DNA of 64,000 nt, from the IMG/VR virus record IMGVR_UViG_3300034071_001673; one strand, written 5' to 3'. Positions within the stretch are counted from its first letter, which is position 1. Each line of letters begins with the position of its first letter. This document shows positions 1 through 9,809 of this stretch, in pieces. The stretch is from an uncultured virus (IMG/VR IMGVR_UViG_3300034071_001673) (taxonomy: Duplodnaviria > Heunggongvirae > Uroviricota > Caudoviricetes). Below the pieces are notes generated by a model that saw only the letters and a list, made by a program, of their open reading frames with translations, did no database searches and was not told the DNA's origin. The position numbers and the translations under genes are program-made.

Positions 1-284
1 TAGCCGCCTTTCTCAGTATAATTCAACCAAGATTGAGTGATATATAGTTTCACATCATCTCTTGGTTTGTATATCTCAGTCAAGTATTTATTTGCTGACT
101 CAAGTAGAAAATCGCCAAGTTTCTTTAAAGGCTTTTCTTTCAAGACGTAATTGTTTACGCTTGTTTGATTGCCCATATTTGGACGACGTTCTGCATCAGC
201 AATAAACTTTAATTCTTGCTTTGTTAATTCTCTATCTAATTGAAACTTACCGACTGCTGTTGGAAATAATGTAAAAATATTCAA
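1..284 (-). CDS. Putative 2OG-Fe(II) oxygenase, TIGR02466-like (partial, runs off window start)
   Basis: Manually translated from a TTG overlapping the upstream TGA: MNIFTLFPTAVGKF...KLYITQSWLNYTEKGG. The LFPT and SWxN motifs are typical of this phage family. Not in the ORF track. Confidence 0.6.
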   Translation of the reverse strand, partial: MNIFTLFPTAVGKFQLDRELTKQELKFIADAERRPNMGNQTSVNNYVLKEKPLKKLGDFLLESANKYLTEIYKPRDDVKLYITQSWLNYTEKGG

Positions 285-538
285 GTTGTAGCATCCTGTA
301 TTTGTTGTTCATATCCGCGGATCTCTTTGATTTGTTCCTCGGTCCATACTGTATTAATGGAATCTTCAAATGCTTTGATCTTTTCCATTGTCTCTTCGAC
401 TTCTTCTTTTGTAGGAACTGGTCTTGGATCTTCCCAACGAGAGAAACCTACGCCACCAGTCCATTCCCACTTTGCGCCTGGACGCAAGAGTTCAACTGCA
501 GTATTAATTCCATACATACGATAAATTTTGTCAGTCAT
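281..538 (-). CDS. Hypothetical protein, 85 aa (LRPGAKW motif, tail-fibre-associated small protein)
   Basis: ORF with upstream GGAG RBS, directly downstream of a Gly-rich adhesin gene. Confidence 0.6.
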   Translation of the reverse strand: MTDKIYRMYGINTAVELLRPGAKWEWTGGVGFSRWEDPRPVPTKEEVEETMEKIKAFEDSINTVWTEEQIKEIRGYEQQIQDATT

Positions 539-574
539 ACAATTATACTCCCAATTACATATTAAAGAAACTAT

Positions 575-3202
575 TTATGACCAGCGGAGAATGACAATAC
601 CTGAGCCACCAGTTCCACCTTGAGCGCCATTGGAATTAGGTCCACCTGGATTCCAGCCACCACCTCCACCACCGCCACCTGTATTGGTTGTGGCTGAAGT
701 GCTTACAAATCCTGGACCAACTGCGCCATTACCACCGCCTCCAGTGCCACCAACGCCACCTAGTGTGTTATTGGTGCTACTATTATGACAGCCACCACCA
801 CCGCCACCAGCATAATTTACTGCAATACCTGTGATTGTAGAGGATACTCCTGAACCACCAGAACCAGCGCCAGTTGCAGCTGCTGCAGATGTTCCATTTG
901 CACCTGCACCTCCTCCACCACCACCAGAATAAGTTCCACCTGGTGAATTATAATTTGCAGTTCCGCCACCATTTCCTTGCGACGGAGAAGTTGCTGGCGT
1001 ATTTCCTGCGCCTCCAACCCCACCGAGAGATGGTTCACCTATGGCGCCACCGCCACCAGAACCACCAGCAACTCCATTTTGATAAGCAGGACCAGCAGAA
1101 TTATATGCTCCACCACCACCACCACCATTAGATGTAATTGTGCTAAATGTTGAGTTGCCTCCAGAACCGCCGCTTGATGTTGCATAAGGACTACCAGTTG
1201 AACCAGTTGCTGCAGTACCGCCAGCACCCACAGTAACAGTATAAGTTTGACCTGCAGTTACAGATAACCCACTTCCAACGCGAAGACCTCCTGCACCACC
1301 ACCACCTGCACTTAACCAACCACCACCGCCTCCGCCAGCAACAACGAGATATTCAACCTGTGTCGCGCCTGTTGGTGCAGTCCATGAACCTGAAGAAGTA
1401 AACGTGGCTAGATTTGCATTCGCACCAGAGATTGCTTTGATGATAACTATTCCAGATCCGCCAGCACCACCCGCGCCATAGGTGTTAGGATTCCATCCAC
1501 CGCCACCGCCACCACCGCCAGTGTTTGTTATTGCATTATTTCCTGCATATGGAACTGTTGCTGGGTTTCCAGAATTCCCATCGCCGCCACCGCCAGCACC
1601 ACCAACCCCACGTGTTGTATTTTGCTGTGAACCACCACCACCGCCACCAGAATAAAAAGTAGAAACACCAGACATCGTAGATGCTATGCCAATTCCACCA
1701 TTTCCACCTGCAGAACTAGTTCCAGTATTACCTGATGCTCCTCCGCCACCTCCTCCGCCTCCACCATATCCAGGTGGTGCATTTCCAGCTGCATTGCCGC
1801 CATTATTTCCTTGTGATGGACTTACAGCAGGTATATTTCCTGTTCCGCCTGGACCAGAACCACCAGATGATCCACCACCACCACCCGATGCACCATTAAA
1901 TCCTAGATTCGGCGAACCTGCAGCTGGAGAATTGTGACTGCCTCCACCGCCGCCACCAGAAGAAAACACGTTTGATGATGCATTGCTTGTAAGAGCAATA
2001 ATAGATACGCTACCATTTGATGCAGCAGTTGATGATGGATATAATCCACCATTACCACCAGCACCCACTGTAATTGTATATGATGTTGCTGGTGTAACTG
2101 AGTATCCAGATCCAGTTCTGAACCCACCTGCTCCTCCACCACCACCTAAAAATCCTCCACCAGCTCCGCCACCAACTACAAGATAATCGATTAAAGTTGT
2201 ATTGGCTGGAGCAGTCCAAGTTGTTGATGTTCTGAAGACCCAGACATTGGCAGCAGCATTTGCGTTTGGTCTTGTGTATTTGATGACTACGACGCCAGAG
2301 CCACCTGAACCAGAAGCATAAGTTGTTCCTGGATTTGTGCTACCACCACCTCCACCACCACCTGTACTTGCAGTGCCGTTATTGGCTGTGCCGTTAGGAA
2401 CAGAATTTCCACCACCACCAGCACCACCAGTGCTAGCTCCTGCAGCAAATGTTGCGCCGCCAGCACCACCACCAGCGTAAGTTACAGAAGCACCAGCAAT
2501 TGTAGAGGAGGATCCAGCACCGCCATTACCACCAACTCCTGGTGATGATCCATTATTGCCAACTGCTCCTGCGCCACCTCCACCACCAGCTCCACCTAAT
2601 GGACCAGCAGCTCCTGTGCCACCATTGTTTCCTTGCGATGGAGATGTGCTTGGCGTATTTCCGACACCACCGTTGCTTGTGGTTGATCCGCCGCCGCCAC
2701 CGCCTGAGCCACCACTTAATCCTATGTGTAGTGGTGATGCAGCAGCACCGCCACCTCCACCACCCGCCGATGTTATCGCATTTGGAGAATTACCAAATAC
2801 AGAAGAAGATCCATTTGAACCAAGTGCATTAGTAGCAGGAGAAACGCCATTTCCACCTGCTCCAACAGTTACTGTATAAGATACGCCAGGAGTTACAGAA
2901 TATCCAGTGCCTGTTCTAAATCCACCAGCACCGCCGCCACCTCCACCATAGCCAGATGAAGGTCCAGCCCCACCACCACCTCCACCACCGACAACAAGAT
3001 ATTCGACTTCGCTTACACCTGTTGGTGCTGTCCACGTAGTTGTATTAGCGAATACTTCAACAATAATTTCTTGTGCGGCGACTGGTCCTCTAATAAAATC
3101 ATAATATCGCATCTGCGTAATATCTTCAGCACGCCAAATGCCTGCTGTATTTGCAGCATTACTGCCTAGCAAATTGCGTTTACCAAGGAAAAGATAACTC
3201 AT
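575..3202 (-). CDS. Glycine-rich adhesin / tail fibre tip protein, 3 tandem polyglycine (gp38-like) domains
   Basis: 875 aa. Three units of TF..T.WTAP.G...V(E/D)YLVV.GGGGG...GGSG(I/V)VI(I/L), ending ILRWS. Confidence 0.75.
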   Translation of the reverse strand: MSYLFLGKRNLLGSNAANTAGIWRAEDITQMRYYDFIRGPVAAQEIIVEVFANTTTWTAPTGVSEVEYLVVGGGGGGGAGPSSGYGGGGGGAGGFRTGTGYSVTPGVSYTVTVGAGGNGVSPATNALGSNGSSSVFGNSPNAITSAGGGGGGAAASPLHIGLSGGSGGGGGGSTTSNGGVGNTPSTSPSQGNNGGTGAAGPLGGAGGGGGAGAVGNNGSSPGVGGNGGAGSSSTIAGASVTYAGGGAGGATFAAGASTGGAGGGGNSVPNGTANNGTASTGGGGGGGSTNPGTTYASGSGGSGVVVIKYTRPNANAAANVWVFRTSTTWTAPANTTLIDYLVVGGGAGGGFLGGGGGAGGFRTGSGYSVTPATSYTITVGAGGNGGLYPSSTAASNGSVSIIALTSNASSNVFSSGGGGGGSHNSPAAGSPNLGFNGASGGGGGSSGGSGPGGTGNIPAVSPSQGNNGGNAAGNAPPGYGGGGGGGGGASGNTGTSSAGGNGGIGIASTMSGVSTFYSGGGGGGSQQNTTRGVGGAGGGGDGNSGNPATVPYAGNNAITNTGGGGGGGGWNPNTYGAGGAGGSGIVIIKAISGANANLATFTSSGSWTAPTGATQVEYLVVAGGGGGGWLSAGGGGAGGLRVGSGLSVTAGQTYTVTVGAGGTAATGSTGSPYATSSGGSGGNSTFSTITSNGGGGGGAYNSAGPAYQNGVAGGSGGGGAIGEPSLGGVGGAGNTPATSPSQGNGGGTANYNSPGGTYSGGGGGGAGANGTSAAAATGAGSGGSGVSSTITGIAVNYAGGGGGGCHNSSTNNTLGGVGGTGGGGNGAVGPGFVSTSATTNTGGGGGGGGWNPGGPNSNGAQGGTGGSGIVILRWS

Positions 3203-3534
3203 GTCAATTGAAGAATGCTGAGTGAAACATCGATGTGTGCGTTAGAATTTGCATTTGCGGAGATATAATCGCCAGCTTCGAGAACGAGTTTGCCAGTCAA
3301 GAATGTCGTTGCAGAATCAGCAGGAACAGGAATGTCTCTTGCCAAATACTTTGTGCTTGCTCCACTGGCATCAGTTGCAGTGACAGAGAACATTGCAGCA
3401 TTCGCGCCATCACTATTTGCAATCTGCCCCATGAACACAATCGAAGTTGTAAGTGCTGGGGAAGTATAAAGGTTTTGTGAAGTAATCGCTGCTGTCGTTA
3501 GCGTTGCGTTTACAAATTTAAATGTTTCTGCCAT
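3199..3534 (-). CDS. Small beta-rich adaptor protein (111 aa), related to 6297..6623 and 12184..12510
   Basis: LYTSPA.T..IV...I.N...L.LEAGD pattern. Its stop overlaps the adhesin start (ATGA). Confidence 0.65.
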   Translation of the reverse strand: MAETFKFVNATLTTAAITSQNLYTSPALTTSIVFMGQIANSDGANAAMFSVTATDASGASTKYLARDIPVPADSATTFLTGKLVLEAGDYISANANSNAHIDVSLSILQLT

Positions 3535-3546
3535 TATTGACTCCGA

Positions 3547-3714
3547 TTAGGACAACGCGATGACGAGTCCGATTGATGCTTTTGTGTTTGCTTGCGCATA
3601 TGCATTATTTGCCTGTACATAAGCAGCCGTTGGCGCAGCACCAAGAGCAGTCAATGCTGCTGCTGATGTATTTGCTCCTGTTCCACCTTGTGCTACTGAT
3701 ACGACTACTGGCAT
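3547..3714 (-). CDS. 55-aa mini-fibre/anchor protein
   Basis: Manual translation MPVVVSVAQGGTGANTSAAALTALGAAPTAAYVQANNAYAQANTKASIGLVIALS. GAGG RBS, and it shares the AYAQAN heptad with the giant fibre. Confidence 0.7.
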   Translation of the reverse strand: MPVVVSVAQGGTGANTSAAALTALGAAPTAAYVQANNAYAQANTKASIGLVIALS

Positions 3715-3730
3715 GAATGTAACCTCTTTG

Positions 3731-3738
3731 TATTTATT
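3731..3738 (-). promoter_or_regulatory. T4-type late promoter-like element (AATAAATA)
   Basis: NATAAATA in a short intergenic gap before a structural cassette. The same element recurs at 6845, 9795, 14892 and 43171. Confidence 0.5.
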
Positions 3739-6297
3739 TTATGACCAACGAAGGATGACGATTCCAGAGCCACCATTGCCGCCTATAGATTGTGGTTGTG
3801 AACTGCTTTGACCTGATCCACCACCGCCACCACCGAGTCCTGCTGTTCCTGCTGTTGCAATTGCACCAGATGGTGTTGAAGCAGCACCTGCGCCACCACC
3901 GCCAGTTCCACCTGCTCCTGCATTGCCTCCTGGATTTGGATTGTTGCCACCGCCTCCACCACCAGCATATGTAACTGCTGCACCAGTGATGGTTGAACTT
4001 AATCCTGCGCCACCATTGCCACCTTGGTTTGATGCACCATTACTTCCTGCGGCACCTGCGCCTCCACCGCCGCCTCCACAATACAGCGGCTGACCTGTTC
4101 CATTACCACCACTATTTCCTTGTCCTGGAGTTCCTGCTGATCCTGTGGTAGAATAACCATCACCACCACCAGCGCCGCCACCAGAACCTCCTGATGACGC
4201 AGCAGGATTATTTGGTCCGTATCCACCACCAAATCCTCCGCCAATAGAAGTAACTGCATTAAATGTACTGTTGCTTCCTACTGTACCTGTTGTTGTTAAA
4301 CTGCCACTTGGACCTAAACTCCAACCAGTTCCGCCGCCACCAACAGTTACTGTGTATGTTTGTCCAGGAGTAACAGCAAGATTAGTTCCTGTTCTTAAAC
4401 CACCAGCACCACCGCCACCACCAACCCATGCTCCACCACCGCCACCACCAGCAACAACGAGATATTCGACTTGCGTTGCTCCAGTAGGTGCAGTCCAAGA
4501 ACCAGAGGATGTAAATGTTGCTACGTTTGCGTTAGCACCAGAAACTGCTTTAATAATAACAATACCTGAACCACCAGCACCACCTATTCCGCCAACATTT
4601 GGACCAGGAGTAAATCCACCGCCGCCGCCGCCACCGCCTGTTCCTGCTGTTCCTGAAGCGGCAGTAGTTGTGCTAGAAGGAGAAGGCGCACCTGCTCCTC
4701 CGCCACCAGCTCCACCAGCACCATTTGTGCCGTTTTGAGAACCTCCACCACCGCCGCCAGCGTATGTTACTGAGGTGCCAGATAATGATGATGCAGTTCC
4801 TGTTCCACCTGCTCCACCAGCCGTAGAGATTCCATTACTGCCAACTGCACCAGCACCACCGCCACCGCCGCCACCATAATTTGGCGCGCCTGGACCACCG
4901 TTTCCCCCATTATTACCTTGCGATGGTGCAGTTCCTGGCACATTTCCAGAAGCACCTGAGTTACTCCAACCTGATCCACCACCAGAACCACCTGCTAAAC
5001 CAATATTTCCAGGAGCTCCTGGTGATCCAGGATTATTGCCATTTGCTCCTCCCCCTCCGCCAGAAGATGAGACATTTGCTGAGGAGTTTGATGTAAGCGC
5101 AAAAATAGATACAGAGCCGTTTGCTCCTCTTGCATTGGCGTCACCAGCCGAAGGATATGTTCCACCGTTACCACCAGATCCACCAGCGCCCACTGTAACT
5201 GTGTAAGATGTATTTGATGTAACTGTATATCCAGTTCCAGTACGGAATCCACCTGCGCCACCGCCGCCTCCCCAATTGCCGCCGCCACCGCCGCCACCAC
5301 CAACCACCAAATAATCAATCAATGTTGTTCCAGCTGGAGCAGTCCAAGTTGTTGATGTTCTGAAGACCCAAACATTGGCATTAGCGTTTGCGTTTGATTT
5401 TGTGTATTTAAGAATAACTATACCAGAACCGCCAGCACCACCAACTACGGCACCAGATGTTGATGGACCAGGAGAACTTCCCCCACCGCCACCGCCGCCA
5501 GTGTTTGTTGTTCCAGCAGTTACTGCACCGCCATTTGTACTTCCAGTTCCACCTCCACCAGAACCACCAGGACCTGCAGTTCCAGGAGCAGCACCGCCTC
5601 CTCCACCACCAGCATAAGTTACACTAGAACCTAAAATTGTAGATGTAGTACCGTCACCACCTGCGCCTGCAATATTTGTGCTTGGACTTGCGTTGCCACC
5701 AACACCACCAGCTCCACCGCCACCACCACCGCCACGAGATGCTGGAAAATTATTATTTGATGTGCCCCCATTATTTCCTTGCGACGGACTTACAGAAGGG
5801 ACATTGCCTAAACCAAATATATTTGGTGTTCCTGTAGAACCGTCCCAATTTGCACCACCACCAGAACCGCCGTCCGCCCCCTTTATATTTGATGGAGTTC
5901 CATTATAACTTCCACCATAACCGCCGCCAGCAGATGTGATGGTGGAAAATATAGAACTCGATCCGTTAGTTGAACTGTTATATCCACCACTTCCACCAGC
6001 ACCAACAGTTACTGTATATGTGTTACCTGGAGTCACTGCAAATCCAGTGCCTGTTCTGAATCCACCAGCACCGCCGCCACCATGACCAACAACTCCTGGT
6101 CCAGAACCACCAGCTCCACCGCCACCAACAACCAAATATTCAACACTTGTCACACCTTCTGGTGCAGTCCATGTAGTAGTATTGGCAAATGTTTCTACAA
6201 CAATTTCAAAAACAGTTGGTGCTGGCGTTGCCCCTCGCGGATTTAGTATTCGCGAAGAACTTCGAAGTGTGTTGAGGAGAAACGACTTTGTTGCCAT
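3739..6297 (-). CDS. Glycine-rich adhesin, 3 tandem polyglycine domains
   Basis: 852 aa, paralogue of 575..3202 with the same linkers and ILRWS end. Confidence 0.75.
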   Translation of the reverse strand: MATKSFLLNTLRSSSRILNPRGATPAPTVFEIVVETFANTTTWTAPEGVTSVEYLVVGGGGAGGSGPGVVGHGGGGAGGFRTGTGFAVTPGNTYTVTVGAGGSGGYNSSTNGSSSIFSTITSAGGGYGGSYNGTPSNIKGADGGSGGGANWDGSTGTPNIFGLGNVPSVSPSQGNNGGTSNNNFPASRGGGGGGGAGGVGGNASPSTNIAGAGGDGTTSTILGSSVTYAGGGGGGAAPGTAGPGGSGGGGTGSTNGGAVTAGTTNTGGGGGGGSSPGPSTSGAVVGGAGGSGIVILKYTKSNANANANVWVFRTSTTWTAPAGTTLIDYLVVGGGGGGGGNWGGGGGAGGFRTGTGYTVTSNTSYTVTVGAGGSGGNGGTYPSAGDANARGANGSVSIFALTSNSSANVSSSGGGGGANGNNPGSPGAPGNIGLAGGSGGGSGWSNSGASGNVPGTAPSQGNNGGNGGPGAPNYGGGGGGGAGAVGSNGISTAGGAGGTGTASSLSGTSVTYAGGGGGGSQNGTNGAGGAGGGGAGAPSPSSTTTAASGTAGTGGGGGGGGFTPGPNVGGIGGAGGSGIVIIKAVSGANANVATFTSSGSWTAPTGATQVEYLVVAGGGGGGAWVGGGGGAGGLRTGTNLAVTPGQTYTVTVGGGGTGWSLGPSGSLTTTGTVGSNSTFNAVTSIGGGFGGGYGPNNPAASSGGSGGGAGGGDGYSTTGSAGTPGQGNSGGNGTGQPLYCGGGGGGAGAAGSNGASNQGGNGGAGLSSTITGAAVTYAGGGGGGNNPNPGGNAGAGGTGGGGAGAASTPSGAIATAGTAGLGGGGGGSGQSSSQPQSIGGNGGSGIVILRWS

Positions 6298-6623
6298 TAG
6301 GTGATTTCTGAACCGAAGATGCTAATTGATAAACTGTTTGCTGATGCGTTTGCTGAAATCACATCAGTGTTGCCAAGAGTGAGCCCCAAAGTCAAAGCAA
6401 TTGAATCGCTTGCTGCAGCAATTGCATCATAAGCAATGTAGTGCTGATTGGCTAATGCTGCTCCAGCAGGTTGAACTGCGAGTCTGTAGTTTACATTTGA
6501 ACTTGTTCTATTTGTAATCACAACCGTTGAAACAACTGCTTGAGTTGCAGCAGGGACAGTATAGACATTTGCTACCGCTGTTGTTACTGCTGCTTGCCCT
6601 AATACTTTATAATTTGTTGGCAT
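6297..6623 (-). CDS. 108-aa adaptor protein
   Basis: MPTNYKVLGQ...VYTVPAAT...FGSEIT, a close paralogue of 12184..12510. TAATG coupling to the adhesin. Confidence 0.7.
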   Translation of the reverse strand: MPTNYKVLGQAAVTTAVANVYTVPAATQAVVSTVVITNRTSSNVNYRLAVQPAGAALANQHYIAYDAIAAASDSIALTLGLTLGNTDVISANASANSLSISIFGSEIT

Positions 6624-6624
6624 C

Positions 6625-6834
6625 TTACATACCTGCTAATAAAAATGGATTGAACCCTGCATCTGCAGCGGTAAAGGAAACATTCGCGTTTCCTGTTGTT
6701 GTATTCGTTACAGTCACTTGAACAGTTCCAGTGTTCACGAAATTATAATTTGTAACACCAAGATTGACGCGAGCTGCAGCAGCTGTATTCGCTCCTGTTC
6801 CACCGACATCTATTGTTGCGACTGTTGTTGACAT
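6625..6834 (-). CDS. 69-aa mini-fibre/anchor protein
   Basis: GGTGANTAAAAR motif shared with 3547..3714. NFVNTGTVQVTV shared with the N-terminus of 7759..9771. Confidence 0.65.
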   Translation of the reverse strand: MSTTVATIDVGGTGANTAAAARVNLGVTNYNFVNTGTVQVTVTNTTTGNANVSFTAADAGFNPFLLAGM

Positions 6835-6844
6835 TTTCTATTCC

Positions 6845-6852
6845 TATTTATT
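6845..6852 (-). promoter_or_regulatory. Late promoter-like element (AATAAATA)
   Basis: Intergenic, immediately before the RBS of 6625..6834. Confidence 0.5.
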
Positions 6853-7746
6853 TTATGCCACTACCACATATAAAATTCCTGGCGCTCCAGCACCACCTGA
6901 TGGGTTAAGACCTCCATCAATACCGCCAGTTCCACCACCGCCGCCTCCAAAGTATAGCGACGAAACAACAGGGAATCTAACCCCTGCGCCAGCACCACCA
7001 CCGCCACCTGAGTAAAAATAAATTCCACCACGACCAGCAGTCGCAGCAGGAACACTAGTTCCATCATTTTGCGCTGGTCCGCCACCACCACCGCTAGTAC
7101 CTAATGCAAGACTTCCTGGGAAAGTGCTCGTATCTGTAGAACTTCCACCAGAACCACCTGCCGCACCATTAATAGGTGGCGAGTTGTCACCGAATCCACC
7201 GCCACCACCGCCACCTCTTGCTCCTACGCCAGAAGTGCCTGAACCACCAGGATTAAATCTTGGTCCACCCGATCCACCTGGACCACCACCATGACTTCCA
7301 AATGATCCTAGTGTGCCGCCAGTGCCACCAGTTTGACTGACAGAACCGCCGCCACCACCAGCCAACGAGAATATGGTTGAGCCAGATCTTTGAATAATCG
7401 TAGATCCGCCAGCACTTCCATCAGCATCAACGCCACCCGAACCACCTGAACCAACAGAATATGTTAATGTTTCTCCAGGAGTGACGTTTATTGTATATCC
7501 GACAATTTGCGATTCACCACCACCGCCACCAGCACCGCCGTTAGAAGTTGATGGGCTCGAGTCTGATCCACCACCGCCTCCTGCAGCACCATAAACTTTA
7601 ATTTGTGCCACGCCGACTGGTATTGTAAATGACGATGACCCACTGGTAACACCTAAAATCAAAGTTCCAGGAGCTGGACCAGCACGTCCACCACGCCTTC
7701 CATAACTTCCTATTGATCCAGCACCAAATGTTCCAATCATTGGCAT
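6853..7746 (-). CDS. Glycine-rich adhesin, single polyglycine domain
   Basis: 297 aa, FTIPVGV...GAAGGGGG...GILYVV. Confidence 0.7.
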   Translation of the reverse strand: MPMIGTFGAGSIGSYGRRGGRAGPAPGTLILGVTSGSSSFTIPVGVAQIKVYGAAGGGGGSDSSPSTSNGGAGGGGGESQIVGYTINVTPGETLTYSVGSGGSGGVDADGSAGGSTIIQRSGSTIFSLAGGGGGSVSQTGGTGGTLGSFGSHGGGPGGSGGPRFNPGGSGTSGVGARGGGGGGGFGDNSPPINGAAGGSGGSSTDTSTFPGSLALGTSGGGGGPAQNDGTSVPAATAGRGGIYFYSGGGGGAGAGVRFPVVSSLYFGGGGGGTGGIDGGLNPSGGAGAPGILYVVVA

Positions 7747-7758
7747 AGTTTATTCACC

Positions 7759-9771
7759 TTATGCAAACTGAGTTTTGGAACCAAGAACAGTATAAGTTGC
7801 CGAGGCAGTTTTAAAAATTGTAAACGAATACACATCAATTGAATTCGCTGATGCTGTTGGAGCAGAACCACCTGACCATTTAGGTGTGATTGATGTTCCA
7901 TCAATTTGAACATTCGCAACTCTATGTGCAGTAGCGCCAGTTGTAACAGCAAAGGCGATTGTCATAGCCTGATTCGTTGACATCACGCTGTTTAGATTGA
8001 CTGTTGTATTTCCACGAATGTTCAATGTGCTATTCGCAGTTGTATTTGCTGTGTAGTAAACCACTGCGCAATCAAGAACATCAAAGTTGACATTCGCGCC
8101 CATTGCAGTTGCAGTAATATTAGACTTTTCTAAAACTTCTTCAAGAGTTATCGTGCCGTTTACATGAAGTCTGGTGTTGGGCGATGTTGTGCCAATACCA
8201 ATGTTGCCAATATTATCAACATGTAATCTTGCAACTCCACCAGTATAAATGTTCAAAGGTAGATAATCGCCAGTTCCAGTATTAGTTGATTGGAGTCTAG
8301 CATCAGTTGATGTGACGGTAAGTGTGACACGACTCGCATTAGTTGGATCACTATTATTAAATGCACCAAATTCTGCTGTTGTTGTTCCGCTCGTTGGTAT
8401 AGCATCAACACGTGTTGCAGACGATGCTGATGTTGTCTGGAACATCAATCGATTAGCAACTGTTGTATTGCTGAAGTCACCAAAAATTCTTAATCCTGAT
8501 CCAGAGAACGTTAAGTTCCCTGTCATCGTATCACCAGCTTTTAATACAGCATTCGCAGCAACAGCAGCTGCATTATTTGCTTGGCTATACGCCGCAATTG
8601 CTGTATTGTATGCAAGATTGGCTTGACCGTATGCAAGATCACCAGTAGAGGTTGCAAATATAAACGGAGCAACTGATCGAACTTCAATAAATGTTCCTGA
8701 TGGTGGTGCTTCAGTAAATGTAATAATATTGCCACCGACAGAATAATCTGTTACAGGCTTTTGTGCGACACCATCAATAAATGCGAATGTCTTTTTAGTC
8801 GTACTGACTGTTGACATCGTGAACGATACAGTATTACCATCGCCAGTAAAGATATCTGATTCAATTCTTGATTGATTTTCAGATAATCTAAACGCACCGA
8901 CTGTTCTAACTTCAAGAACAGACCCATTGGCAGGTGGACTTGTTAATGTAAGTGTTGTATTACTCACACCACCAACTGTAAAGTCAGTTCCAGGTTTTTG
9001 TGAAACACCGTTTAAGAATACAAACGTCGAATCAGTTGTGCCTGTTTGAGATAAAGTAAACTGAGTGCAAGAACCAGTTCCCGTGAATTTGTCTGAATAC
9101 AACGAAACTGGTGCAACGTTGATGTCAACAGTATCAAATGCGCTGAGTGTTCGAGCTTCGATTACTGTTGCGTTTGCTGGAGCAACATTAAATGACAACG
9201 TTGTTCCGCTAACTTGATAATCATATTCTGGACGCTGAGCAACGCCATCGAGATATATAAACGTTCTTGATGTTGTTGCTGTTTGTGTTAATTGATAACT
9301 AGTGCATGCGCCAGTTCCAGTAAACACATCAGATGTTACGACTGTTGAACCAACACCACCACCGTAGATGTAAACATCGACATTCGCGCCATTATCAGGA
9401 GCAGTTCCGAATGTAAGCGTACTTCCACTAATAGAATATGCTGTTTCACTCTGGAATACAAGATCAACAAACACAAGAGTATGAGTTTGATCTTCTGGTT
9501 CTGTCGAAAGTGTGAAGTTTACTGTATTTCCATCGCCAGTAAAGTTATCGCGAACAACTACTGTTCCACCACTTGATGCAAAAGAAATATTTGCATTACC
9601 GTTTGCACCAGGAGCAACAGTTATTTGAACTGTTGCAGTGTTAACAAAGTTGAACCCATTTGCATTGGTCGAGAACACACCATTTGAAGAAACAGAAATG
9701 TTCGCAACTGCGGATGCTAGACGATTCTCTAGATTCGCAACTTGGGCTATTCTTATAATTGGTTCAGACAT
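7759..9771 (-). CDS. Tail fibre-like structural protein
   Basis: 670 aa. Four repeats of FTG.G...F.L...VF.(D/N)GV.Q.P..DY, a heptad stretch, GNIGIGTTSP, and a C-terminal W.GG.AP...DVYSFT domain. Confidence 0.7.
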   Translation of the reverse strand: MSEPIIRIAQVANLENRLASAVANISVSSNGVFSTNANGFNFVNTATVQITVAPGANGNANISFASSGGTVVVRDNFTGDGNTVNFTLSTEPEDQTHTLVFVDLVFQSETAYSISGSTLTFGTAPDNGANVDVYIYGGGVGSTVVTSDVFTGTGACTSYQLTQTATTSRTFIYLDGVAQRPEYDYQVSGTTLSFNVAPANATVIEARTLSAFDTVDINVAPVSLYSDKFTGTGSCTQFTLSQTGTTDSTFVFLNGVSQKPGTDFTVGGVSNTTLTLTSPPANGSVLEVRTVGAFRLSENQSRIESDIFTGDGNTVSFTMSTVSTTKKTFAFIDGVAQKPVTDYSVGGNIITFTEAPPSGTFIEVRSVAPFIFATSTGDLAYGQANLAYNTAIAAYSQANNAAAVAANAVLKAGDTMTGNLTFSGSGLRIFGDFSNTTVANRLMFQTTSASSATRVDAIPTSGTTTAEFGAFNNSDPTNASRVTLTVTSTDARLQSTNTGTGDYLPLNIYTGGVARLHVDNIGNIGIGTTSPNTRLHVNGTITLEEVLEKSNITATAMGANVNFDVLDCAVVYYTANTTANSTLNIRGNTTVNLNSVMSTNQAMTIAFAVTTGATAHRVANVQIDGTSITPKWSGGSAPTASANSIDVYSFTIFKTASATYTVLGSKTQFA

Positions 9772-9794
9772 TTAACACTCTTAGATTTATTGAA

Positions 9795-9802
9795 TATTTA
9801 TC
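9795..9802 (-). promoter_or_regulatory. Late promoter-like element (GATAAATA)
   Basis: Intergenic, upstream of 7759..9771. Confidence 0.45.
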
Positions 9803-9809
9803 TGCGCAA